Assembly (NCBI GenBank): GCA_964468895.1
Contig: CAYXWT010000003.1
Coordinates: 5,157-37,156, forward strand
Source: an uncultured archaeon
Lineage (GTDB): Archaea; Iainarchaeota; Iainarchaeia; Iainarchaeales; CSSED10-239
Length of the DNA stretch: 32,000 bases
Direction of reading: 5' to 3'
Positions 16,826 to 25,474 of this stretch are shown here, one piece after another (positions within the stretch are counted from its first letter, which is position 1; each line of letters begins with the position of its first letter). The position numbers and the translations under genes were made by a program. The notes below the pieces were generated by a model. The model had not been told where the DNA came from and searched no databases. It saw nothing but the letters and a program-made list of their open reading frames with translations.

Positions 16826-18976
16826 ATGGATAAAAATAATGTTTTAAAATTAAAAGTTACTGAAGCTTATGAAGAATATGTTGGAAAAAACATTGTAACT
16901 TTAGGTGTAGATATTAAACAGAAATTAAATCTAGTTTCTGGAGATGTTGTTGAGATAAATGGTAGAAGAAAAACTGTTGCTCAAGTATGGCCAGAAAAAG
17001 TAATTAAAGGTCAAGAAAATATTATTAAAATGGATCAATATATACGTAGAAATGCAGATGTTTCTATAGGTGATTTTGTTAATATTAGAAGAATAGAACC
17101 TGTTATTGCAAATCAAATTGTTTTGTCTCCTACTAAAAACATCAAATCTGAATTAGAAAATTATGAGCTAATTATTAAAAAGAACTTTTTAGGTAGACCT
17201 TTTGTTCAAGGAGATATAATGAATGTTAATCTTTTTGGAACTTCTGAATTATTTATTGTAAGTTCACTAAACCCAAAAGTCCCAGTTTTATTGTCTGAAA
17301 ATACAGATCTTATTATTTTAGATAAACCTAAAAGTAAGTGTAATACTAAACAAATAATTGGTTATGAAGATATTGGTGGTTTAAAAAAAGAGATAAATAA
17401 AATTAGAGAAATGGTAGAGTTACCTATAAAATACCCAAATTTTTTTAAAAAATTAAATATTTCTCCACCAAAAGGAATTTTATTATATGGACCTCCTGGT
17501 ACTGGAAAAACTTTACTTGCTAAAGCAATTTCTTCTGAATTAGATGCAAAATTTATTTCTTTAGATGCAACTCAAGTTATGGCTAAGTATGTTGGAGAAA
17601 CTGAAGCTAAAATTAGAAAAATATTTTCAACTGCTCAAAAAAATGCTCCAGCAATTATATTTATAGATGAAATAGATGCTATTGCTTCTAAAAGAGACGG
17701 ACTTACTACTGAAGTTGAAAAAAGAGTAGTTGCTCAATTACTTGCTAGTATGGATGGTACCAGTTCTCGTGGTGAAGTAATAGTAATTGGTGCAACTAAT
17801 AGACTTTATGAAATTGATCCTGCTCTTAGAAGACCAGGTAGATTTGATAGAGAAATAGAAATTGGTGTTCCTAGTGTTGAAGGTAGGTTAGATATTCTTA
17901 AAATACATACTAGAAATGTTCCTTTAAGTAAAAATGTGGATCTTGAAGATATTGCTAAAAAAACACATGGTTATATAGGTGCAGATCTTTCAGCTTTAGT
18001 TAAAGAAGCTGGTATTTATTGTATTCAAAATGCTGTTAATAAAATTAAATCTCCTGTAAAAGATGTAAAGCGATTACTTAGTAATTTAAAACTAAAAAAA
18101 ATAGATTTTAACTATGCACTTGATGCTGTTCAACCTTCTGCTTTAAGAGAAGTTTTTGTAGAGGTTCCAGATATTAGTTTAGATGATGTTGGTGCTCTTA
18201 AAGAACAAAAAGATATTTTAAAAAACATAATTGAATTATCTTTAAGAAAAAGAGAAGTTTTAGAAAATATTCATTTTAAAGTTCCTAAAAATATTTTGTT
18301 ATATGGTGCTCCAGGAACTGGAAAAACTATGTTTATTAAAGGTTGTGCTAAATCTTATGGTGTTAATTTTATATCTATAAAAGGACCTGAAGTTCTTAGT
18401 AAATGGCTTGGAGATAGTGAAAAAATAGTTAGAGAAATTTTTAAAAAAGCAAGAGATGTAGCTCCTTGTATTCTTTTCTTTGATGAAATTGATTCTATAG
18501 CAGGAGATAAACAAAATTCTGAACGAACACATAAAGTGCTTGATCAATTATTATTAGAGATAGATAATATTAAAACTAAAGATATTATTTTTGTAGGTGC
18601 TACTAATAGACCTGATTTATTAGATAAATCTTTACTTAGAAGTGGAAGAATTGACAAATTAATAGAATTTAAAATACCTACAGAAATAGATCGAAAAGAA
18701 ATTTTAAAAGTTTTACTTAAAAATATACCTTCAGAAAAGATAGACTTAAATGAAATTATTAGTTCAACTAATAATTATTCTGGAGCAGATTTAGATTTAT
18801 TAATAAGAGAAGCAATTCTTTTAAGTTTAAAAGAAAACAATTACGAAAAAATAAATCTACAACAAAAACACATTAACGAAATTTTAAAAAAAGTAAAACC
18901 AACAGTTTCAAAAGAACAAGCTGAGTTTTATAAATCTCTTAAAAATACAGATAAGATTGCAAATTATATTTCTTAA
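16826..18976 (+). CDS. cdc48: Cdc48/VCP-like AAA+ ATPase (N domain + D1 + D2)
   Basis: N-domain [19 protein letters not shown]...[19 protein letters not shown]1 has [16 protein letters not shown] and [12 protein letters not shown]2 has [13 protein letters not shown] and [11 protein letters not shown]. First ATG at 16826; the track start 16817 is GTG. Confidence 0.95.
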   Translation: MDKNNVLKLKVTEAYEEYVGKNIVTLGVDIKQKLNLVSGDVVEINGRRKTVAQVWPEKVIKGQENIIKMDQYIRRNADVSIGDFVNIRRIEPVIANQIVLSPTKNIKSELENYELIIKKNFLGRPFVQGDIMNVNLFGTSELFIVSSLNPKVPVLLSENTDLIILDKPKSKCNTKQIIGYEDIGGLKKEINKIREMVELPIKYPNFFKKLNISPPKGILLYGPPGTGKTLLAKAISSELDAKFISLDATQVMAKYVGETEAKIRKIFSTAQKNAPAIIFIDEIDAIASKRDGLTTEVEKRVVAQLLASMDGTSSRGEVIVIGATNRLYEIDPALRRPGRFDREIEIGVPSVEGRLDILKIHTRNVPLSKNVDLEDIAKKTHGYIGADLSALVKEAGIYCIQNAVNKIKSPVKDVKRLLSNLKLKKIDFNYALDAVQPSALREVFVEVPDISLDDVGALKEQKDILKNIIELSLRKREVLENIHFKVPKNILLYGAPGTGKTMFIKGCAKSYGVNFISIKGPEVLSKWLGDSEKIVREIFKKARDVAPCILFFDEIDSIAGDKQNSERTHKVLDQLLLEIDNIKTKDIIFVGATNRPDLLDKSLLRSGRIDKLIEFKIPTEIDRKEILKVLLKNIPSEKIDLNEIISSTNNYSGADLDLLIREAILLSLKENNYEKINLQQKHINEILKKVKPTVSKEQAEFYKSLKNTDKIANYIS

Positions 18977-19279
18977 TTATTAATTTGCAATTATCTGTTA
19001 ATATCTGATTTTTTTTAAAATTTATAATTTGATAACCTCTAGTTTATTCTATATACTTTTTAGATGCTTTTTTTATAAAAAAAAGTATCTACCACTAGAA
19101 ATTTTTTTTTAAATTTTTACAATCTAGATTTAGTAAAAATTTAAATCTTTTGCTTGTTTTTTTAGTATATGTATTTCTATTTTCTAAATCTTCAAATATC
19201 GTATAAATTCCAGCTTTGTGGTAAGTTTTAAAGATAATACTATTACAGTTTAAAAACATTTTTAATATATATTATATTT

Positions 19280-20083
19280 ATGTTTCCAAAAAAAGTTAAT
19301 TTTATGATTACAGGAAAGTGTAATAATAATTGTAAATATTGCTATGCTGAACATAATGGTGAAGATTTAGATTTCGATAGATTAAAAAAAGCATTTCTAA
19401 TTCTTAAATATAATGGTGTATCTAAGATTACTATTTGTGGAGGAGAACCTACATCTAGATCTGACTTTAACAAAATCATTAACTTTCTGATTAAAAACAA
19501 ATTTAAAATCTTTCTAGATACAAATGGTGATTTTTTTAATAAATATAAATCTATAATTACAAAAAATGTATCTGTAATAGGGCTACCTATAGATTTTATA
19601 AATAAAAGTTATAGAGGAAAAAATAATTTAAAAAATATTAGATCTATTTTAGAACATTACAAAAATATCAATAAAAACCCAAAAATTAAGATTGGTACTG
19701 TTGTCACAAAAGAAAACTATAAACATTTAAATCAAATTGGAGATTTAATTAAAGATTATAAAGTAGATAAATGGAAAATTTATCAATTTACTGCAACTGG
19801 TGGTAATGCTAAAAAAAATAAAAAGTTATTAAATATTACTTTAAAACAATTTTATAATTCTATAAAAGACTTAAAATCAAGATATTCATCATATTTTAAT
19901 ATAGAAATATCTTCTAAAAAAGAAAGAAGTGGGTCATATTTTTTAATAAAACCAGATGGCACAATATTCACACCAATTATGGATGAAAATATTCAAAAAG
20001 AAATAATTGTTGGAAATATTTTTGAAAAAGATATAGTAGGTAAATGGAATTTACATACAAAAAACATTAATTTGATTAATTAA
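19280..20083 (+). CDS. radical SAM enzyme, viperin-like layout (candidate prokaryotic viperin)
   Basis: CX3CX2C cluster motif ITGKCNNNCKYCYA, SAM-binding ITICGGEP, LDTNG, IKIGTVV, then DKWKIYQF and SGSYFLIKPDG. No SPASM or extra Cys cluster. Order and spacing parallel the viperin motifs NYHFTRQCNYKCGFCF, NFSGGEP, FKINSV, RWKVFQC and DSYLILD, recalled from memory. Confidence 0.8.
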   Translation: MFPKKVNFMITGKCNNNCKYCYAEHNGEDLDFDRLKKAFLILKYNGVSKITICGGEPTSRSDFNKIINFLIKNKFKIFLDTNGDFFNKYKSIITKNVSVIGLPIDFINKSYRGKNNLKNIRSILEHYKNINKNPKIKIGTVVTKENYKHLNQIGDLIKDYKVDKWKIYQFTATGGNAKKNKKLLNITLKQFYNSIKDLKSRYSSYFNIEISSKKERSGSYFLIKPDGTIFTPIMDENIQKEIIVGNIFEKDIVGKWNLHTKNINLIN

Positions 20084-20164
20084 TAATCCTATGAAAACAC
20101 CCAATATAAATCTTTTGATTTTTTTATAATCTTAATTAAAAAACAAATATTTATAAAACCGTAT

Positions 20165-20250
20165 AAAAAAAGGGTTTACATATAACCCCTAAAGGCTAAG
20201 CTTCTAGTAGAAGTTGAATCTGCGATCTTAACCTTACCAAGGTTGAAGAT
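20165..20250 (-). ncRNA. candidate structured small RNA or 3'-UTR element: three GC-containing hairpins ending in a T7 run on the minus strand
   Basis: Plus-strand coordinates: GGGTT-N7-AACCC (20172-20188), CTTCTA-g-TAGAAG (20201-20213), and ATCTTAACCTT-acc-AAGGTTgAAGAT (20225-20250). The A7 run at 20165-20171 reads as T7 after the last hairpin on the minus strand. This is the most GC-rich patch of the intergenic region. Confidence 0.3.
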
Positions 20251-20388
20251 AAAAAGTAGATTAAATATAATTGTTAATTTATTTTAAAATCTTATTCTTG
20301 AAACTGGATTTTATACTAGATTTATTATTATCCTAACAAATAATTTTGTAAGATATTAATATTTGTGCTTAATAGATATTATTGTTTT

Positions 20389-20997
20389 TTAAAAAAACAC
20401 AAAAAAGAATGGAATTGCAATTGTTATTGCCCAAATTATTGGATTCCAAGCAATGACTTTTCTTCCATCTAGTGGACCTATTGGTAAAAGATTGAAAAAT
20501 GCAATCCAAAGATTAATTTGTATTCCTAGTGCTGCAATGTAATTAGGTAGTATTGTTATTGATAATATAAAAAACAATAATGCCATAATTATATTTATTA
20601 ATGGGCCTGCTAAAGATATAATACCATTTTCTCTTACACTAATTTGTTTTCCGTAAATGTAAACTGCTCCTGGAGCTATAAATATAACTCCTAAACTAAG
20701 AGACAAAATTACTGCAAAAGCAACATAATGCCACCACATTACAAATCTTGCTTTTGCTTTGTAATATATTGCAGTATATTTATGAGCTAATTCATGACAA
20801 ATAAAGGATGTTCCTGTGATAATTAAACTTATTATAAAAAATATTATAAATTCACTTAAACTATATTCTATAGTTCCTTTAAATATTCCTATTAAGTTTC
20901 CTCTTAAACTTAAATTGTTAAGAAGTATTGTAAAACATATTGATATACCAACCCAGGAAATTAATAAATCATTTATTTCTGTTTTTTTAAATTTCAT
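20389..20997 (-). CDS. site-2 protease family (peptidase M50) membrane metalloprotease
   Basis: HExxH within a TM helix (CHELAHKY) and the second motif FNLLPIGPLDGRKV. Polytopic membrane protein. Confidence 0.8.
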   Translation of the reverse strand: MKFKKTEINDLLISWVGISICFTILLNNLSLRGNLIGIFKGTIEYSLSEFIIFFIISLIITGTSFICHELAHKYTAIYYKAKARFVMWWHYVAFAVILSLSLGVIFIAPGAVYIYGKQISVRENGIISLAGPLINIIMALLFFILSITILPNYIAALGIQINLWIAFFNLLPIGPLDGRKVIAWNPIIWAITIAIPFFFVFF

Positions 20998-20999
20998 AA

Positions 21000-21755
21000 T
21001 TATTCATATTTTTCTTTTAATTTTGGAAATAATCTGCAAAAATTATTTTGCATTTTTTCTTTAAGTAATTCTAAATCTATATTATTATTTTTACAAAATA
21101 AATTGTATGCTTCTTTAATATTTAAAATGTTTTTTTCTTGATTATTATATGTTATTGGATAGTCTGTTTCTAAAAATATATTGTTTATATTTTCTAATTG
21201 ATTAGGTATTAAATTTCTATCATAATTTAAAGTAATATAATATTTATTATCTAAAGCATATTCTATTTCTTGGTTAGTTCCACTAAACCAATGTAACACC
21301 ACTTTAAGTTTAGTATAGGTTTTAAGTATTTCTAATACTCTTTTGGTTGCAAATCTAGAATGTATCACTACTGGTTTTTTTAATTTTTCTGCAATATCTA
21401 ATTGTTTTTTAAAAACCTTTTTTTGAAGTTCTTTTAATTCTTTATTTTTTGTAATTTTATAATCAACACCAATTTCGCCAATTGCTTTACAACTATTAAA
21501 ATCTATTCTATCTATATAATCATTAATTGTTTCTAAATTGTTTTTTAAAACTACATCTGGATATAATCCGTATGCAAAATAAATATTTGGTATGTTTTGA
21601 TTTTGAAGATTTTTTAATTTCAAATATGTGTCAAAATTTATATTATTAGTTAAAGATATTATTTTATTTTCTAAGAATATATTTCTTATATTTTTTAAAT
21701 TCACATTATCGTAATGTGTGTGAAAATCAATATAATATAAATTTCTATTGTTCAT
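21000..21755 (-). CDS. tatD: TatD-family metal-dependent hydrolase/DNase
   Basis: YIDFHTHYD (HxH), AIGEIGVDY, VVIHSR, LHWFSG and FLETDYP are the canonical TatD metal-ligand motifs in the correct order. The stop lies 2 nt before the M50 start. Confidence 0.8.
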   Translation of the reverse strand: MNNRNLYYIDFHTHYDNVNLKNIRNIFLENKIISLTNNINFDTYLKLKNLQNQNIPNIYFAYGLYPDVVLKNNLETINDYIDRIDFNSCKAIGEIGVDYKITKNKELKELQKKVFKKQLDIAEKLKKPVVIHSRFATKRVLEILKTYTKLKVVLHWFSGTNQEIEYALDNKYYITLNYDRNLIPNQLENINNIFLETDYPITYNNQEKNILNIKEAYNLFCKNNNIDLELLKEKMQNNFCRLFPKLKEKYE

Positions 21756-21764
21756 AATATATAT

Positions 21765-22385
21765 ATGACCAAATTATATTATAATAATTATGTTTTAGAT
21801 ATTTCTAAAACAATTTATTATCCTAGCGAAGATACATATTTGTTATTAGATAGTATAAAAGAAGATTTGTTAATAATTAAGAAAGATTGTGTTGCTATGG
21901 AAGTGGGTTGTGGTAATTCAATTTTATCTTTATATTTATATGATTTTGTAAATGATTTGTATTCAGTTGATGTAAATTCAGATGTAATAGATTATCTTAA
22001 AAATATAAAAAAAGAATATTCTCTTGATAAATTGAAAATTTTAAAATCTGATTTGTTTAAAAATATTCCTAAAGATTTATTATTTGACGTTATTGTATTT
22101 AATCCTCCTTATGTGTGTTCAAAAAGTTTAGATTTATTAAATCTAGAAAAAGAAGATCTTTGTACTCTTGGGGGTATTAATGGTAGTGAGATTATTTTTA
22201 AATTTTTAAAATCTCTGCCTAATTATTTAAATAAGAACGGAATTTGTTATTTACTTGTATCTTCTCAAAATGATCTAAAAAATATATATAAAAGCATTAT
22301 TATGCTTAATTTTAAGTATAGTATAATAAATTCTAAAAAATTATTTTTTGAAGAACTTTTTGTAATTAAAATTATTTTTAATTAA
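21765..22385 (+). CDS. HemK/PrmC/Mtq2-type N5-glutamine methyltransferase
   Basis: YYPSEDTYLLLD N-terminal motif, SAM motif I AMEVGCGNS, and catalytic VIVFNPPYV (NPPY). Confidence 0.75.
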   Translation: MTKLYYNNYVLDISKTIYYPSEDTYLLLDSIKEDLLIIKKDCVAMEVGCGNSILSLYLYDFVNDLYSVDVNSDVIDYLKNIKKEYSLDKLKILKSDLFKNIPKDLLFDVIVFNPPYVCSKSLDLLNLEKEDLCTLGGINGSEIIFKFLKSLPNYLNKNGICYLLVSSQNDLKNIYKSIIMLNFKYSIINSKKLFFEELFVIKIIFN

Positions 22386-22416
22386 TTATTAAATATTATG
22401 GTTGTGAATGTAAATT

Positions 22417-23526
22417 ATGCCTGCAAATGCAAGTTATGAGTATGGTTTGGCTCAAAAGAAATATGATGAAGCTAATACTAGTACAGACAAATTAGTTGCA
22501 CTTCAAGAGATGTTATCTACTGCCCCTAATCATAAGGGTGCAGAAAATTTAAGAAAAGATATTAGTAGAAAGATTTCTTCTCTTAAAAATAAAATGGAAA
22601 AGCAAACAGCAAATCTAAAGAAATCTGGTTATACTTTAAATGTAAAAAAAGATGGTGATGGTCAAGTAGTTATAGTAGGTCTAACAAATTCTGGAAAAAG
22701 TACTTTTTTAAAAGAATATACTAATGCAAAACCTTTGATTGCAAATTATCCTTATACTACTGTTAGGCCAGAGATTGGTACTTTAAATTATGGTGGTGCT
22801 TTAATACAATTAATAGAAGTACCTTCTTTTTTGAGTTCTGGAGAACTTGGTTCTCAAATACATTCTATGATAAGGGTTGCTGATTTAGTAATATTTACTA
22901 TTAGAGATGATGATCTAGAAGAATTAGATGGCATTATTGATTTATTAGAATCTAAAGATATATTTATTACTAAAAAAAAACCTAAAATAAATATTGTAAG
23001 AAGTAAATTTTTAGGTATTTCTTTTGTAAATGAACAAAATTTAGTAGATGATAAAAATAAAGTTTTGGATTTATTAAGAGATTCAGGCTATAAATCTCAC
23101 ACATTTATATTAAATCAAAAAACAAAAATTAAAGATATTTTATTATCTATAAATCCTAGAGCTTGTTTTATACCTTCTATTTGTGTATCTATGCCTTTTA
23201 AATCTGAAATTACAAATCTAAAATCAATTTATAGATCTGTTCCAATTTATTTATTTAAAGATAAATCTAAAGTTTGTACAAAAATATTTGCAGAATTAGA
23301 TGAAATAATTGTTTATACTAAAAAACCTGGACAAAAAGCTGATACTCATGAACCATTAGTTTTAGATAAAGGTTCTACTGTTTTAGATGCAGCTATGGAA
23401 ATTCATAAAACTATTTATAAAAATCTAAAATCGGCAAAAGTTTGGGGTAGTACTAAATATAAGGGGCAAAATGTTTCTAAAAAATATGTTCTTCAAAACC
23501 AAGATGTTGTTGAATTTATGATTTAA
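22417..23526 (+). CDS. DRG-family GTPase-like protein with C-terminal TGS domain (G3/G4 motifs degenerate)
   Basis: P-loop VIVGLTNSGKSTF, G2 context ANYPYTTVRPEIG, and C-terminal TGS-like LVLDKGSTVLDAAMEIHKTIYKNLKSAKVWGSTKYKGQNVSKKYVLQNQDVVEF. DxxG is replaced by IEVPSF, and NKxD by CVSMPFKS. Confidence 0.75.
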   Translation: MPANASYEYGLAQKKYDEANTSTDKLVALQEMLSTAPNHKGAENLRKDISRKISSLKNKMEKQTANLKKSGYTLNVKKDGDGQVVIVGLTNSGKSTFLKEYTNAKPLIANYPYTTVRPEIGTLNYGGALIQLIEVPSFLSSGELGSQIHSMIRVADLVIFTIRDDDLEELDGIIDLLESKDIFITKKKPKINIVRSKFLGISFVNEQNLVDDKNKVLDLLRDSGYKSHTFILNQKTKIKDILLSINPRACFIPSICVSMPFKSEITNLKSIYRSVPIYLFKDKSKVCTKIFAELDEIIVYTKKPGQKADTHEPLVLDKGSTVLDAAMEIHKTIYKNLKSAKVWGSTKYKGQNVSKKYVLQNQDVVEFMI

Positions 23527-23626
23527 TTTATACAAAAGTATTAAAAACAATAAGTTTGTATAATATATAGTTAAATATATTTTGTTTTAACTTTTAAATA
23601 TATTATTTATAATCTTTTATTGAACT

Positions 23627-24508
23627 ATGCCCAAGAAAAAAAAAAAATATCAAGATAGTAAGTTTGAACTAGAACTTTATTCTTTATTTATACCTATAAC
23701 TAAACATTTAGATATGAAAGATTTAGAAAAAAAATTAATGCAATCCGATTGTGTAGAAGATGTTGAATATTATCTTTCCAAATATATGTTTTATGCGTTT
23801 TTTGTATCTATTATGTTTTTAATTTTAGGTGTTGTAATTTTAGCTAATTTAGGAAAAGGTGAATTATTTTTTAACTTAATTATGTTTTGTTTTGGTGTAG
23901 CTGTTGTTGTAATAATTTATTCTTTTGTTAAACCATATTTAGATGTAGGTCAAAAGGTATCTAGTATTAAAAATAATTTAGCACTTACAATTCTAAGTAT
24001 GTCTAGTATTGCAGAAAGTGGAGCTCCACCAGAAGCTATGTTTTTAATATCTAATAATGAAACTGAAACTCCGTATATTAGTAAAGAATTCAAAAAGATT
24101 ACTAATTATATGGATAATTTAGGTTTATCTTTGTTAGAAGCAATTGATCATGTTTGTGAAAAAACACCTTCTATTGAACTAAGAAAGTTTTTAATAGAAC
24201 TTAAATCTAATATTGAATCTGGAGGTTCAATATCTGAATTTATGAAAAAGAAAGCAGAACATGCTCAGTTTCAATACCATTTAATGTTAAATAATATGAA
24301 TAAAAAAGCAGAAACTTTTGGAGATATTTATTCTGCAGTAGTTATAGCAGGTCCTTTATTTTTATTTTCTACAGTTATGTTATTAGGTATGATTGGTGGT
24401 GGTGGGTTTGCTGGTGTTGGACTTCAAACTTTATTAGTAGTTGGTATATTTTTAGTAATACCTATAGTAAATATTATATTTTTGGTAATTTTACAAATGG
24501 TATCTTAA
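23627..24508 (+). CDS. type IV pilus/archaellum platform protein, T2SSF-domain half 1 (FlaJ/TadB-like)
   Basis: TM helices flank a cytoplasmic T2SSF-like domain (LTILSMSSIAESGAPPEAMFLISN...LSLLEAIDHVCEKTPSIELRKFLIELKSNIESGGSISEFM), followed by more TM helices. Confidence 0.75.
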   Translation: MPKKKKKYQDSKFELELYSLFIPITKHLDMKDLEKKLMQSDCVEDVEYYLSKYMFYAFFVSIMFLILGVVILANLGKGELFFNLIMFCFGVAVVVIIYSFVKPYLDVGQKVSSIKNNLALTILSMSSIAESGAPPEAMFLISNNETETPYISKEFKKITNYMDNLGLSLLEAIDHVCEKTPSIELRKFLIELKSNIESGGSISEFMKKKAEHAQFQYHLMLNNMNKKAETFGDIYSAVVIAGPLFLFSTVMLLGMIGGGGFAGVGLQTLLVVGIFLVIPIVNIIFLVILQMVS

Positions 24509-24529
24509 ATTTTAAATAAAAGAAATATT

Positions 24530-25351
24530 ATGAATAAAAGATTAAAATATATTTTGGATTTTGCAATTAAAGGTATGATTGGTTCAGTTATACTTCTAAT
24601 ACTTTTATTACAAACCAAATTAGTTATTTTTGCAATTTTTCCTTTATTGATATCTGTAGGTGTTGCTTCAATAGCTTATACTAATAAAATTAAATCTTAT
24701 GAAGAAAACTTATTTATATTCATTGAAGATTTAAAAGATCTTCTTCAAGGTGGTATGAATATAGTAACTTCAATGGAAATTGTTTGTGAGCATGATTATG
24801 GATCTTTAAATGCTGAACTAACAAGATTAGCTGCTCAAATTAAAATAGGTGTACCTTTTGAAAAAGCTTTAGTAAATATTTTTAATGAAATAGAAAGTCC
24901 TATGTTTGGTAAAGTTGCACAAGTAATATCTGAAAGTACAAAGTATGGTGGTAATTTAACTAAAATATTTTCTTCAGTTTCTAATTATGTTAAAAACATT
25001 AATGAAATGTCTGAAGAAAGAAAGTCTAAAACTTTTTCAACTATATTTTCTTCATATTTTATGTTTTTTGTTTTTATAGGAATTATTTTAATTATACAAA
25101 TTGTTTTTTTACCAATGCTTTCTTCTAATGAGTTATCTTCTGTTACTGGTGGAGGTAGTGATAACTCAATGGAAGATATTAATTTTAATACGTACTTTTT
25201 GTATTTATTATTAGTTCAAGGTTCTTTTGCAGGTCCTGTAATTGGTAAAATTTCAGAAGGTAGTGCAATAGCAGGTATAAAACATACAGTCATATTATTA
25301 TCCATATCTGTGCCTTTATATGTTTTAGTATCTTTGTTTTTTATAATTTAA
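24530..25351 (+). CDS. type IV pilus/archaellum platform protein, T2SSF-domain half 2 (FlaJ/TadC-like)
   Basis: LKDLLQGGMNIVTSMEIVCEHDYGSLNAELTRLAAQIKIGVPFEKALVNIFNEIESPMFGKVAQVISESTKYGGNLTKIF is T2SSF-like and flanked by TM helices. It starts 21 nt after the previous gene. Confidence 0.75.
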   Translation: MNKRLKYILDFAIKGMIGSVILLILLLQTKLVIFAIFPLLISVGVASIAYTNKIKSYEENLFIFIEDLKDLLQGGMNIVTSMEIVCEHDYGSLNAELTRLAAQIKIGVPFEKALVNIFNEIESPMFGKVAQVISESTKYGGNLTKIFSSVSNYVKNINEMSEERKSKTFSTIFSSYFMFFVFIGIILIIQIVFLPMLSSNELSSVTGGGSDNSMEDINFNTYFLYLLLVQGSFAGPVIGKISEGSAIAGIKHTVILLSISVPLYVLVSLFFII

Positions 25352-25474
25352 ATTAAAAAATAAATTGGTTTTTAAATAAGTTGTATTTATATATTTATTG
25401 GTAATATATTGTATTATCTTGTATATATTATATAGAAATTTAATTTAAAGCTTGAAAATTGTTAGTGAAATATT

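Noticed and set aside
16931-17116. 61-aa minus-strand ORF inside cdc48
   Set aside because: Shadow ORF antisense to the unambiguous Cdc48 N domain.
18299-18547. 82-aa minus-strand ORF inside cdc48 D2
   Set aside because: Shadow ORF antisense to the D2 Walker A/B region.
15348-18976. COG1373 ATPase or Cdc48 as the missing pilus motor ATPase
   Set aside because: Neither has the secretion-ATPase (FlaI/PilB/TadA) architecture or motifs. Both belong to unrelated AAA+ clades and lie 5-8 kb away on the far side of unrelated operons.
19061-19092. Imperfect palindrome TAGATGCTTTTTTTATAAAAAAAAGTATCTA downstream of cdc48 as a regulatory element
   Set aside because: The arms are mostly homopolymeric A/T with mismatches. 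It is indistinguishable from a generic oligo-T terminator region in this composition.
19095-19259. 54-aa minus-strand ORF (MFLNCNSIIFKTYHKAGIYTIFEDLENRNTYTKKTSKRFKFLLNLDCKNLKKNF), divergent from the radical SAM gene
   Set aside because: It has no SD, no recognisable motif, is below the track threshold, and sits in an AT-rich spacer where ORFs of this size arise by chance. It is worth a look only if conserved next to viperin-like genes in relatives.
20165-20250. Possible tRNA or tRNA 3'-half (att-site remnant) on the minus strand: a 7-nt loop UUGGUAA with U33-like/A37-like positions (anticodon GGU), and a TΨC-like GCAGA-UUCAACU-UCUAC
   Set aside because: There is no acceptor-stem partner and no D-arm. 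The putative T-stem has a C-A mismatch and lacks the near-universal G53:C61 closing pair. The 'anticodon stem' continues into an 11-bp helix that is incompatible with a cloverleaf. I kept it only as a generic structured element.
20816-21064. 82-aa plus-strand ORF spanning the M50/tatD junction
   Set aside because: It is antisense to two motif-supported genes. Low-complexity I/L/K translation typical of AT-rich shadow frames.
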